Below the pieces are notes generated by a model. The model was not told where the DNA came from. It was given only the letters and a program-made list of their open reading frames with translations, and made no database searches. The translations under genes were made by a program, and so were the position numbers. A stretch of 64,000 nucleotides of DNA from the human T2T-CHM13v2.0 reference genome, Homo sapiens: NCBI RefSeq assembly GCF_009914755.1, contig NC_060934.1, one strand, 5' to 3'. Below are positions 43,656 through 59,208 of the stretch, one piece after another; the first letter of the stretch is position 1; every line of letters begins with the position of its first letter.

Positions 43656-45229
43656 TTATTGACTTTTCTTCACTAGTACTTGTAAGACTTTTATTCATAT
43701 CTGCAAATATCTAGAATCACAATTTTTTTTTAAATTTTGCTTTTGCTTTTATTTTCCTAATATCTTGAAAATTAGAGGGAAAATAGAAAAAAAGCATTAA
43801 TTGTTCACCCTGCTTTAGTGTAAAATACTTAAATACTACACACTTGATATTATACCTCTTCACAATCTAAGTAATTTTACTTAAGTCTAAAACAGGGAAT
43901 TATAATTTCTTTATGGTATGTTAATTAATTCAGTTTTCTTGAGTCAAAAATGACAAATTCAAACAGCTTGTTGGCTATTTTAACTATTTTGCAAACCAAG
44001 AAGAAAAATTGAAAATAGTCTCTTTGTTTTCTCTAGCAGGCCATTTCATTCTGTCTAGGAACTATATGCTGTAATTTTTTGAAAAATTTTAAAACATGCA
44101 TTTGTTCATGACAGTTCTCTGTGGACATCAAATTTATTTAAAAATACTAGGCTTAATTTACTTTACTTATCAGCTATTTTGAAAACAAAGGGATAATAAT
44201 TGCCTACTAGCATGTTTAAGGAAATTCAGCTTGTTCTTTCCATATTGGTTATTTGACCTAATTATGACGGCTGTGAGGGAAGGGTTGCTAGAAATTGCTA
44301 TTATCATATGTGAACTGAGCCCCAGAGTGCTGATCAAGGCCATGTTGACTCTTAGGTGATCAGTCATGAGCACATTAAAAAATATGTGATGTCCCAAATC
44401 TTACCTAATGAGAGGTATGGAAATCAATTCAACTCAGTAAAGTCTGGAGATTCTTGTTTTGTATTCATTATTAGCAAATAATTTCAATAAGTATTTTGCA
44501 TATTCTTTGCTGTCCAAAGTATTTTATCATTGTATTATAATAAAAAATTACCATGAATTAAGAAAATAATTTATTTTTCTTTGCTAATTTTTGTCTTAGG
44601 AAATATTGAACTGTTGTGGGTTTTGCAGATTTTGCTGTGTAGTAGTAGTATGCAGAATGCTTATAACCTTGAAATGGAAAATTTCTGAGAAACACTGGAA
44701 GGGTTTTTGAGGCCTAAATGATCTCAGGTGGGCAGACATAAGAAAACTGGGGAGACCCCACTGCCTACACAGACTCCTGACTTTCAGAAAATTTAAAAAG
44801 GCTTATTTGGTTAAACAATAACACATGCATTCATATGTTAATCTCGCTTTCAGTTTATAAGCTCCTAATCCATTGTTGAGAGGAAATGTTAAATTAAAAA
44901 AGCTAAATTTAAAATCAAAAGCATTTCCATGCATAATTTTAACATAGAATTGTTTTGTTTTTAACAATTTCCATTGTTATCAGAAGAGTCAATAACATTT
45001 CTATATTTCACACTTAAGGCCACATTCCTAAAGTGGTTTCCACATAAAGATGTGAGTAAAGGTTCATTTGACCAAAGAGTTCTCTGAGGAAAACAGATTT
45101 GGAAACAGTGTAAACTTCCACCTTTAATATTAACATATTAGAGACACTAAGAAATGCATTAGTTTACTTAGCTTTCTCCAAATATATTTGACAATGGAAT
45201 ATTTTCCCAGAAGACAATTTGATAAAAAC

Positions 45230-45790
45230 CTATGGTCCTTATATGACTTATAGGGTCCTGAGCAATCTGGTCTGCTGATCCTTCCTAACTTTGTCTTCCA
45301 CCCATGCCCTCTACCATTGCCAATTCCAACCCCATGGCCTCTTTGCTGTTCATTAGAAGCACCCAGCACATTCCCATCTCAGGGATTTTGTGGCAGCTGT
45401 GTCTCCTTTCTGGAATGCTCTTCCCTTTGATAGCTGTATGACCTGCTGTCTCGCTCCCTTTATACGTCTCCTCAAAAGAAACAACTTCTCCCATAACGCT
45501 GCATAAAAAAGTAACTCTCTAATCTTCTTTCTTTTTCCCTTGCCTTTTGGCCTTCCTTTTGAAATAATATATACTTACCTTTAATTTATTAAAAGTAATG
45601 GCAAAAACTACAATTACTTTTGCACCAACCTAATATTATTGATTGTCTCCTGTAACTAGAACACCAGCTCTACTTGGACAGGGTCCTATCCTGTACTGTT
45701 TGCTAATGGATCTGCAGGGCCTGAGTGGCATCTGGCATGCAGACCATGCTCAATCACCTTATGGAATAAATGAAGGGGTGGATGGATGGA
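45230..45790 (+). mobile_element. L2 3' fragment (contains a half MADE1)
   Basis: TTGCTGTTCATTAG...TCTGGAATGCTCTTCCC...GGACAGGG...GTGGCATCTGGCATGCAG...GAATAAATGAA. Confidence 0.7.
45588..45633. mobile_element. MADE1 half (one Hsmar1 TIR)
   Basis: ATTAAAAGTAATGGCAAAAACTACAATTACTTTTGCACCAACCTAA followed by TA. Confidence 0.93.
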
Positions 45791-47231
45791 TTTTGCCCAA
45801 CTACTGTGTTTGTGAGGGTAATAAGAATAATAGCAATAATAATTACAATGACAACAATAATAACAATAATCACTAGATAACACATATTGGATGCTACCAT
45901 GAGCCAGGTGGAGGCTTCATAGTTTGAGAGGAAAGTGGGTCAAATTGTGTAGCATGTTGATTTCCACTAGACTGAGCTTGGGCTTCACTCTTCATGCAGT
46001 GGGAAGTTACCATCTTCACTGAGGATTGAGGTGAGTGGTATTTGGAGAACACGAATTGGTGGTAGGATGGATTGCATGAAGGATAATGGAATCCATCCAA
46101 ACCATGTCAACCAGCATTCATTACCTCCAAACTAGGGGAGCAGAAATGGAAAATAGTCACATTTGAGGGACATTTTGGAGTTATCCATAATAGTATTAAT
46201 TAGTGGTAATGGGGATAGAGTAGGTGAGGAGGAGAGAAGGATATAAGATCATTTCTGTGGCTTTCAGCCACACTGGGGAAACTAGCCCAAAAGTAATTTG
46301 CTTTTGGGCACCCTGAGTTTGAGGGGCCAATTGGCCATGCCTGTGTTGGTTGTAGTTGAAAGTGAGCCTTGAGCTCAACAGGAGGGACTGGGTTAGACTT
46401 GCAGACCTGAGAGTCTTCACACCGACAGTGGTTGAGGGAGACAGGGTAACATCCAGTATGTTAGGGAAGCTGCAAAACGTAGAATAGTGAATGGTCCAGC
46501 AGAGTGAGAGCGCAGTTAGTTTTCAGTGTAATATGGGGCTGAAAGTGGGAGCAGAAGTAGCAGGAAGAGTTATTGGACTTGGCATTGAGAAGATTGCTTA
46601 TCTAGGTGAGAAGAGAGAAGGGTTTCAAAAGAGCATGAAGATGTAACCCAGATCATGGGGGTTTTCGGAATGAGTCTTCCCAGAGCACATTGTATTTCTC
46701 TCAGGAAGCTCTTACCATACAGTGACAATTTGTTTAGAGATTGTTAACCATTCTGTGATAATGTGCTTGTTCTTCTATAAGCAGCCCATGAGGCCCTTGA
46801 AGGCTGGGCTTGTTTTCTGCCTGATCTGTCCTCTGTGCCAAGCATCATGCCTGAGAGATACTGGGTGCTCTGTAAGGGATGGCAGAATGTGTGAGTGAAT
46901 GGATGGGGAAAAGCGTGGTGGAAAGGGAGGCCATGGCTGTAGACACTGACTTCCATTGTTACAGTCTTCAGTTAGAAGGAGAGGAAGAAAGGTCGGATAG
47001 TTGTTAAAGATGGCAAGTGGTCCAGGATAGACTTTTTAATGTGGGAGAGATGTGAACATCATTATGGACTAAAGAGAAGAAGTAAGGGAGAGCAGAGACT
47101 GAACATACAAAGAAAGGGACCAGATGATGGGATGATGTCTAAGAGGAGAAAGAAAGGGATATGCCCAGAGTACTGGTCAAGGAATTCAACCCTGGTCTGT
47201 GAGCTTATAAGCCAAGAATCAGAAGAATTGC

Positions 47232-49875
<2,644 letters not shown>

Positions 49876-50377
49876 AGAAGAATTGCGAAGTAGCTGACTG
49901 GGGTCATTGTGTCAACAGCCTGTTCCCAGCCAGCCTCAGTAGCCCAGGTTTTGTGAATAAGACCACAGGGATGAGCTGATCCAGGAAGGATTTGCATGGT
50001 GGGTATGGCAGAATGACAACAAGGGGAAGATCCAAGGAGATGGTAAGAGAGAGTTGATGGAGTGGGGGGTGCCCAAGAGGTGGAGCCCAGATGGGTGAAT
50101 GAGTGAAGGCAGAGGCAGTTGGTGTGCTAGAAGACATTGGGGTAGGGGTAGGGCACTGAAGAAGCTCTGATACAGTCAAATACCTCCAGCTATTTTTTTT
50201 TAATTGAGAGAAAAGCATGAATGAAAATACATTGAAATACTCACAGTGGTTATGCTTGGGCAGTGGAATTACGATCCTAGTTTTATTTCTTCCCTGTCTC
50301 TAATTGATGGTATATTCTTACATACATTTTTTTAAAATGGTAATTTTCTTAAAAAAGAAGGGAGAAACATATCTAAC

Positions 50378-50660
50378 AGTTTCTGAGCTGTGTTTTGTGG
50401 AACTCTAGTGATGACTGAGATGTTAAGAGGTATCGGCACGGAAACAGGTTTCCATAGACAGTTGTTTTGGAAAATGATGTATTAAGGCCAAAAAAGACTT
50501 CTTAACTGCAGGATTTCTCAGTAACATTCTATTGTATGCACATCACGAATCTCTAAAAAAGTCAAAAGCACAGTATTTTCCCATTGAATTTCTGTACTGA
50601 ATTCTTCATTCAAGGACCTCTTCTTACTATCCCTTGGTGGAGCTGATTTGGAAAATGCTA
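50378..50660. mobile_element. Old hAT-Charlie MER element
   Basis: GTGTTTTGTGGAACTCTAG...TAACTGCAGGATTTCTCAG...TTTGGAAAATGCT. Confidence 0.5.
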
Positions 50661-53149
50661 CCTTGGATGGTAACTAGAGTACTATGTCTACCTATGCTAG
50701 CATCCCAAGAAGGTAAGAGTTGATAAAACCATTGTCACTACTTTAATGGGTTAAGCTTTGAGGCATGATGTGTGCTTCATGATGATTTTCTCTGTAATCA
50801 TCGTGTCATACAGTAGTTTGGTCAGGATTAGCCCAGCTCATGGTTTCCTAGTTTGCTAAGTCGAATGAAGACAGAAGAGTGAACATTAGACATAGATAGG
50901 GGGAGCAGGATATTGCAGTGAAACTTGTTCCCAGTGAAAGAGACACTGAGATGGAGTTAGGAGTATAAAAGTCTTGTCAGGAAGAAACACTTGTGATGGG
51001 GCCAAGCAGAACTGCAGAACTGGGCATGAAGCTGTTGGATTGTGATGCAGTCAGCAACATGCATGCCAGAACAACATGCACGTCACCTGAGCCGAAGCAA
51101 AGATGCTGCGAAAGGAGGCCCATGTTGGACAGAAATGCCCTGCCCTGCAATGACTGCCTCACTCAGGCCCTAACTGGGGGCCACCCCAGGAAAAGACTGA
51201 CTCTAGCTACCACCTCATTACTCAGTCCCTGGCTGCAGACCAAAGAGAACTTGACCTTGGCTCCAAAGCTGAGGTAGATGGGCAGAGGTTAATAACTGGA
51301 GACCTCGTTCCTTCAGTAGGACAGAGAGACCTTTCTTGAAGGAAGGTCCGAGCAGTACAAATCCATGTATGCAATAAGGCCAGACCTTTTGGTTGCATCT
51401 GGTGAAAATTCTAAAATGAAGAGTCAGGGGATGTGGAAGATGTGCTGGTTACTTTTCTTGTTTGTTTCCTGTTACTGTGGGGATGGGGCATTTCCTTTCC
51501 CTGAGTAGTGCCTTGCTATTCCATTTTCCATCCTGCTCTTTGCCAGCTGCTATAACAGGTGCCAGACTCTGGGGTGCAGCCACCCTGGCCCATGGCATCA
51601 TGTCACCATGGTACGTTGCAATACCATTGTCATGGTGGGGACACCACAAGGTGTTTGTTACTACAATTGCTGATCATCATCAACGGTTCAAGGCTATCCT
51701 TGGTGTGGCATTCCTCTTACTTCCCTGCTTCTGCTATATGCTCCTTGCAGGGATTGGGGGTTTGGACAGCCCCAGGAAGGGCCTAGAGATAGGCCTCAGA
51801 GCATGGTGGGCCTGCTGCAGGCCAGAGTTGTGCATGCCAGCGTCCTCTGTCTCCACTGGAGAAATGTGGAGTTCTGTCATCTCAAGGAAGCCTTGCATGG
51901 CAGGGCCAGGCCACTTCCCTGTTGGACTTCAGGTGGTTCTCTTTCCTTCTGGAACCCACAGTCTGGAGAACCACATTGCAACTCTGCACTTTAAAGAATT
52001 TCTCTCCATCTTTCAAATCTGCTTTTCCTTCCTGTATTGCTGTCTTGTGCTTGCTTTGCTACTCACAACTCATTTATACACATCTTTGTGGGTGTGTGCG
52101 ATGCTCAGCTTTGCATTTTATGAGTTGTAGGCTGCACTTATTACTAGAATCATCTGTTTGTGGCTGGTTATAAAGAGAAAAGTTTGCTATCTAGATGTGA
52201 TCCCACTTGGATTCCTAATACTGGGAACAGGAGCATCGCAAGATGGGAAGGGACAGGTCTCCTTTCTCTCAGTTCCAAGGGTAATTGGCTTCGGTATGCA
52301 CATCGAAAAACCTGCAGAGGTGTAGAACAGAGGTGCCGGCTTACAGGGCAACTTCTAAAATGGAGGAGTCTACTGGCTTCATCAGTGGATGACTACAGCC
52401 TATCCTGCTACTATGTTCACCCATGCAGTGAGTTTTGGGGCCTCTGCTCTGGGCCCAGGCATAGTGTGAGGCTGTAGGGACACCAGGGCAGTGGCCCAGG
52501 GGAGGAGAGAGATGTGAAGACAGATCAGCACAGTGGCTGTGATGGTGCCTCAGCAGGTCCACTGGGGGATGTGGAGGAATTATCCCTCCATGCCCCATTC
52601 AGGAACGAAGCTCTCTGTGGAGACCTGGATTTGATTCCATTTGGGAGGGTGATTTTCATGATGTGGTCCCCTGGTTTCTAGTGAATTAGGTCTGACTTTT
52701 AACTCATTTCACCTAACACGCAGTGGTTTTATGGGAATTAATTAGGTAAAGGGCTCCTTAGGGGTAGAGCCAATCCGAAAACACGTTCTCTCCTTTCTCT
52801 TAAATAATTTGAAGAGGAATCTATGAGATACTGACTGGTTTACCTTTTCAGACTTCAGAAGGCCAAAGATCAGATCCAATAATTTGCTTCATGAAAAAAT
52901 AACAAAACAAAGGTTAACATAATCCAGATTTTCAGTGTATTTTATTGTAATGGTCCTTTATTGCCTTTCTACTGGGGTTGATGGGCAAATGATGAACAGG
53001 ATAGTTAAGCACATCTCCCAAGCTACAAGCTTCAGAAAACAGTTTACAGGACAATTAACTGTCAGGAAGTCCATATCCCCTGAGAAGGCTCATCGTCCTG
53101 GAAAGTCTTGAGTCTGAGCCCTGACTCTGAACAAGGAGAGAGGCCTCAG

Positions 53150-53950
53150 TTTCCCTCTATTCAATTTAGTTTACAAACATCTCCTGAGCACCCCATCCAT
53201 GCCTGGTGCAGTGGAGGCACGGCCGTGGTGATTGATAGCCACTTCCCATCATTGGCAGCTTGCATCATCACGGGATGCTGGGACCAGTAAACAGGCAACT
53301 CCAATACTGCAGGCCAAGCCCTGTGTTGGGAGGGAATACCTGGCACCTTGAAAGAAAGGAGAGCCATACCCAAGCTGCTGCGGGGTCTCAGACAGATTCC
53401 TGGAGGAGGCGATGCTTCAGCTGAAACCTGGCAGACAAGAGAGTGAGTCCTGAGAAGGTGGTGCCAGGCTGTGGCTGGGGACTAGAGGAAGAGGAGGTGG
53501 GGCCATTCGCAGTAGATCTGGAGCAGATGGGGTGGGCAGGGCTTAGGAAACTCCACTGGTCTCATTTTCAACTCAGAATCATTGAAGACAGTGTTTGGGA
53601 GGTGCCAAGCTCCGATTTGTGCTTATGAAGAGGACTCTGCAGTGGACTGGAGGAAGCTGGCCTGCAGGGGAGGAGATTGGAGGCAAAGTTAATGCAGCCA
53701 CCCAGGCAGGAGATGATGGGGATCTAACTCAGCAGAGGCAGCAAGAACAGAGAGTGAGAGATGTGGTGAGACGTGGTGGTTGGGCTGCAGCGAGGGAGGC
53801 ATCAAAAAGGGCTCCCAGATGTTGGTCCATTTGCTGGGATGGGAGGATGGAAACCAGAGCAGGTGTGAGAAAGGGATCCCAGGGTTCAGTCTGGACATAC
53901 CACATGTGAGGGTCTCCCGGACTGCCCAGTGCAGCTGGCAGGGAGGTGGG
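53150..53950 (-). mobile_element. L2 fragments
   Basis: TTCCTGGAGGAGGCGATGCTTCAGCTGA, CCAGGCAGGAGATGATGG, GTTCAGTCTGGACATA. Confidence 0.6.
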
Positions 53951-53953
53951 TGG

Positions 53954-54392
53954 TGTGGGGGGTTGACTTTTTACCCCACGAAGTATGTGTTCGAATTCTA
54001 ACCCCTGCTCCTAGTGATGGTAACCTTATTTGGAAACAGAGTCTTTGTAGATGCAGTCAAGTCAAGATGAGATCATCCTGGATTAAGGTGCGTCCCTGAC
54101 CCAGTGACTGGTGGGCCATAATCCAGTGACAGTGTCTTTGTAAGAGGAAGGAGAGGAAGATTCCAACACCGAGCCACAGGGAAAGCACAGAGGCAGGTTG
54201 CAGTGATGCAGTTGGAAGCTGGGGGATGCCCAGGGTTGCCAGCAGCAACCAGATGCTGGAGAGAAGGGACTGACCTTGCCAACACTTCACTTCTGACTTC
54301 TGGTCTGTGGGACTGTGAGACTATACATTTCTGTTGCTTTGAGCCCCGCCTTTTGTGGTCATCTGTGATGGCAGCACCAGGACACTAACACA
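53954..54392 (+). mobile_element. MLT1B/C solo LTR
   Basis: TG...CA termini; ACCTTATTTGGAAACAGAGTCTTTG; 5-bp TSD GGTGG (53949, 54393). Confidence 0.92.
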
Positions 54393-54639
54393 GGTGGGTC
54401 CATAGAATTTGGAAGAGAAATCTGACTGAGCTGGAGATACAGGCCAGAGAAGCATCAGCAGAAGGGCTGATGAGGCCTTCAGAGCTCATCCTGGGTGATC
54501 TACGCAGAGAGAGTAGAAATAAGAAAGAGTGATCGTCACACCAGGTGGAGGGAATCATGGGCTTCCTCAGAAGAGGGGGAGCCTCCTAAACCCCACTCCC
54601 CAGGTGAATTATGCAATCGACTAAAAGTGGAAGGCACCA

Positions 54640-54785
54640 CTCTAAGACAGAGCTCCTTAGAATTCAACATTTAGAGGATCCACTAAAATGCAGACTTGGG
54701 TTTGTGGGTCTGCAGTGGGACCTGAGATTCTGCGTTTCTCACAACTCCCAGCTGAAGCCCTGGATTGCATTTGGAGAGGTGAGGC
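54640..54785. mobile_element. MER5A-like fragment
   Basis: AAAATGCAGA...GGTCTGCAGTGGGACCTGAGATTCTGCGTTTCTCACAACTCCCAG. Confidence 0.7.
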
Positions 54786-55689
54786 CTTGAAGGGTTGGTC
54801 TTGTTAGGAGGAGACCAGGGAGAAGGAACACTTGGAAGGTGCTGTACTGCTGGATCCCAGTGCCACTCAGAGACAGGAGAGTGGGAACAAGTGTCCAGCG
54901 AACCATGCAACAGAGAAGGTGCTGTTGTTATGGGAAGAGAAGGGGCGTGGAAAAAGGTAGAAGTGCTTTTGGTGAACGGTGGCTGAGGTGAGCGGAAGCT
55001 TAGGGTGAGAATCTGAGGGTGGGGACAAAGGAGGGTGAGAGGAGATGACTTCCTAAGACATCTGGAAGAAAACTCATAGACTGGGTGACTGCATCTGGGC
55101 ATGGTGAGGAGTGAGGTACCAGGAACTTGAGACAGATGACTGAGAAGTGAACTCATTGCTGGTAGAGTTGGGTGGGGACTGGGGAAAGTGAGGGGCTGAG
55201 GGAACCGAGTTGGGAGGAGAAAACAAGTCCAGGTGAGAGAGTAGGTTGATGGTCTTTGTGATTTTCACTCTGGTGTTTTTGATTCACTTTCACATCCTTT
55301 GTATCTCAAGTCAGAGATGGCTTAGGGCATCAAGAAGCTGGGGCCCAACCTTGTTCTGACTTCGGGAAATAGTGAAGGGCAGGAGGGATGTGGCCCCACC
55401 TCAGCTGTCACCTCCCTTCCACCTCCTGTGCCCTCACCAACCCTGACATGGAAAGCAATTGCATTGGCTTTGCTACAGTTTCAGACATTTCAGCCAGGGG
55501 CTGCATGGAGGAAAAGTTTGCTTTCTGAAGGCGGGGTCTTGTTTCACCTCTGGGCTCAGGCCAAGCACTCAATAATGTCTGGGGAAGCCAGGTTGTAAGT
55601 ATGGCTGAGGTCCTGGGTATGGGGAGAGAATAGCTCGTGCCTGTGGGTGTTAAGAGGTTTTGTGCTGCAATTCAGGGAGGTTGGCCACA

Positions 55690-56480
55690 TCTCTAATATG
55701 CAATTTAGATCCAGAGCCTGTGTGTATTTCAATCTTTTATGGCTGGCTGGAATAATCAAATCCATATAAGAAACCTTGAAGGAAATCAGTGCGGAGTGGA
55801 TTTTGTTGAAACCACAAGCTATGAAAATTGGATGTAAGGTGTACACCTCCCAGGTGCCTCAGTGATGTCCCTGCCTTGCCAAGACTTCACCAGCGGATGG
55901 GAGAAAAGGTATTGGACGGTGCACATGCCATTAAATCTTCTGATGGCTGTGCTGGGCTGAAGTCTGCTGGGTGCCATGGGCAGAGAGGCCACCACAGCGC
56001 TCTTTGCTGGGCTGGTGGGCGCCCTCCAGTTGGAACTCTGTCGAATAATAACTCCTCGGTGGAAATGGTCTGGCTCCCAAACACATGGTTTATGGCTGAA
56101 ATGGAAAAGCTCCCGAGCGCCATCAATGACACTCTCACTGCTTATAAAGACATGTGGGTTCTTTTCCAGTAAAAAATAAGGCTGCTGCCATTTCCCCCCA
56201 AGCCATAAATGATTCAAATGTCAAGCTCGCCTGTGCCTTATGCACTGCGGATGTATTGACTTATCGAAGAAGCGGACGCATTATAGGCGGCTTGCCTTCC
56301 CTTACAACTCCATATTTATGTTTGAAATCTCAGGATATGTTACCTGCGCGCTCGCCACCTTCCCTTCCTCCACAGGAGATTTACAAGGCAGCCAGCCGGC
56401 AGAAGAGGGACAAAGAAGTAAATATAGTAATATGACAGATTTATTTTGATTTGTTTTATGTGCTTGTGATCTTGCATGCT
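55690..56480. promoter_or_regulatory. Candidate conserved enhancer-like element
   Basis: Repeat-free, CpG-retaining; TTTATGG x2, CCATAAA, GATTTAC, ATCAAT and TGACAG motifs; CTCF-like GCGCCCTCCAGTTG at 56019-56032. Function is inferred. Confidence 0.45.
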
Positions 56481-58859
56481 TTATGTGCTTCTCTATATCT
56501 GGGTTCTGTCGTTCTTTTCCTGCCTGTTCACCCCTTTTAAAATAGCAAGTTCAGCAAGTTCTTGGAGGGAGGATATGGCCAAGGGAGAGGGAGAATCATG
56601 CAGTTTCCAAGCTATCCGCTTCATCACAACACGTTTTTTTTTTCTTTCTTTCATTTCTCCTTACATTTGTTTATTTTTCTTGTACGTGAATACCTGGCTC
56701 CTGGCAGCATTTCTGTAGAAGAAGCTGTCCATTCATTCATTTTTTCTTTCTATTTTCAGTAATGGTTGTGTAGAAGCTGGCAGGAATAAGGGTTCATGGT
56801 CTCCATCTGTGTCCTTCCTGCAGACGGTGCTCTCTTCTCTGTCTTCTAACTTTCCAGCAGAGGCTGTGGCTTGGTCCTCCCTGCCCTCTCCTTTACCAAG
56901 GGCCACAGTGGAGGTGGCCCTCCATGTCCACTTCCCTGAAACAAAGCCGTGGGGTGGGCAGCCCCTGCGGACCAGGCCGGGCAGGCTGGGTGGTGGGAGG
57001 TCTGTTGGAGGCTGGAGCTTTTGATGCAGAAAGATCGATCTTGAAGAGCCAAGGGGGCACTTAACCCTGCTGATTTTTTTTTTTTTTTTGGCCAGAAAAA
57101 AAAAAAAAGAAAAAAAACAGAACTAGAGGAAATGAGAAGTACCCGGGCAGAGAATTGCTTCAGAGACACCGAGGCCACCTGCCCCGTGGCCTGAAAGGCA
57201 GCACTTAAGGAAAATTATAGAGCAGGAGATAAGTGGGTGCTGGCTCCCCTCAGGTGACGGGTGTCAGAGCGCATCATGAGCGACTCACGTTAAATGCTCC
57301 AGACGAACTAGCTGACAAGATACTCATGGAGTCACAGCAAAGGTGCAAAATCACTTAGCGTCACCATCCCAGGGGAGCCCCAGCATTTCTGTCACCTTAA
57401 GCAAAACTGGCTTAAAACAAAACAAAGCGAAAGGCCCTTGGCAGGGTATCTATGGAAATGACTGGAAACTGCTGCTGGAAATTTAGGTTTTGCTTTCGTG
57501 TTCTTCCCAGGATGAACGTTGCATGGTACTTTTCAGGAGGAAACCATGCTTGGAAAGACCCAGCTTGGAAAATGTGAGAGTTCAGGACGTTGCAGGCTTG
57601 TCCAGCACAAGCCACAGAGAGCCAGGGTGGGCATTGACCCCCACGGCCTGTAGCAGCCGGGGGTGTGCCCAGAGCATGGCCAGGGTCGGTTCAGACATGC
57701 TCAGATGACAAAGGGACAGAAAGCCAGGCAGGGCTGGAAGCCCACGGCTGGGCAGTCTGCGGGTGTCCCTTCTCCCAGCACGCAAGGCTCATCTCAAGCT
57801 GCACGAAATTGCAGAAGACACTGGCAATGTTAAAAACACACATGAGTGGACGGGTTGCTCCTGAGGGTGTCGTTACCGGGCCAGTGATGTGAGATGATAA
57901 AAGATATTAAGGGGACTTTTACGGGGTAACGAATGAGGGGCAGCTGGAGGGCCAGACACAGGGCAGGAGATGCGTGGGGGAGGGCAGGGCCGGTGTGGAC
58001 GGGAGGAAAAATGTGTGTGGCTGTCACAGGGACTCGGACACAGCATCCATCCCGAGGTTCATTATTACGATCGGTGTTCCCTCTCCTTGAATATTCAATA
58101 TTTCCAACTCACTATATGAAATGAATTAAAAAAATAGATTTATCTCTGGAGTTTCTACAGATGGCCACTCAGAAGATTACACAAGCCCTGTGCCATCCCC
58201 CTAACCCCTGCTTTCTTCGGGAGAATGGATGAGTGTTTGGGGTGTTTCATCTGCTCCAACAATTTCCCAGTTTCCCATGGATCAACACTGACAGAAAACC
58301 CCAGATACGGATGATGGAAGGAAAATGAAGAGACTTAATTTTGAAAAGCTCTTGAACGCCTCAAGCCTTGTCTTCAAAATCTTTCAGTGACGGAGTGCTT
58401 GGAAAGGCGCCCGCCTCTGGCTCAGACCTGATGATTAGAAAAGAAAATTAAGTATTCTGTTTATACCAGGGGGATACGTGCTCAAAACATCCACCTTGAT
58501 GGGCAAAAACGAGGTAAAGATACCATTGCTTTGGGTTGCTGGAGGCAGCTGGCTGTCCTGGACTTTGAGGTGCTGGGGGCTGTGGTTCCCATCTTCTTAC
58601 AGGTTCAAGGACTCAGCTGGGAGTAAAGACCCCACGGCACACTCCCAGGGCACAGTTGGCAGCAAGGGGTGGCAGGAAGGGCCATTCACTCTCAGTCCTG
58701 GGTAAAGGGCCCAAGTCATTGGCAGACAGTGTTGAAAATTTGACATCAGCAACCCTTGCTCTCCTGGGCCAAGTGCCCACGTGCTGGAAGGTTGGCACAA
58801 GCAGTGGGAATTTGTTTGAAAGTAAAATCTGATCATTATCTGCCTTTTAGGAAGAGTTT

Positions 58860-59208
<349 letters not shown>

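Noticed and set aside
51462-52130. Longest ORF in the window (222 aa)
   Set aside because: Non-ATG start, no recognisable domain, Cys/Leu/Trp-rich composition typical of chance ORFs, no supporting exon structure
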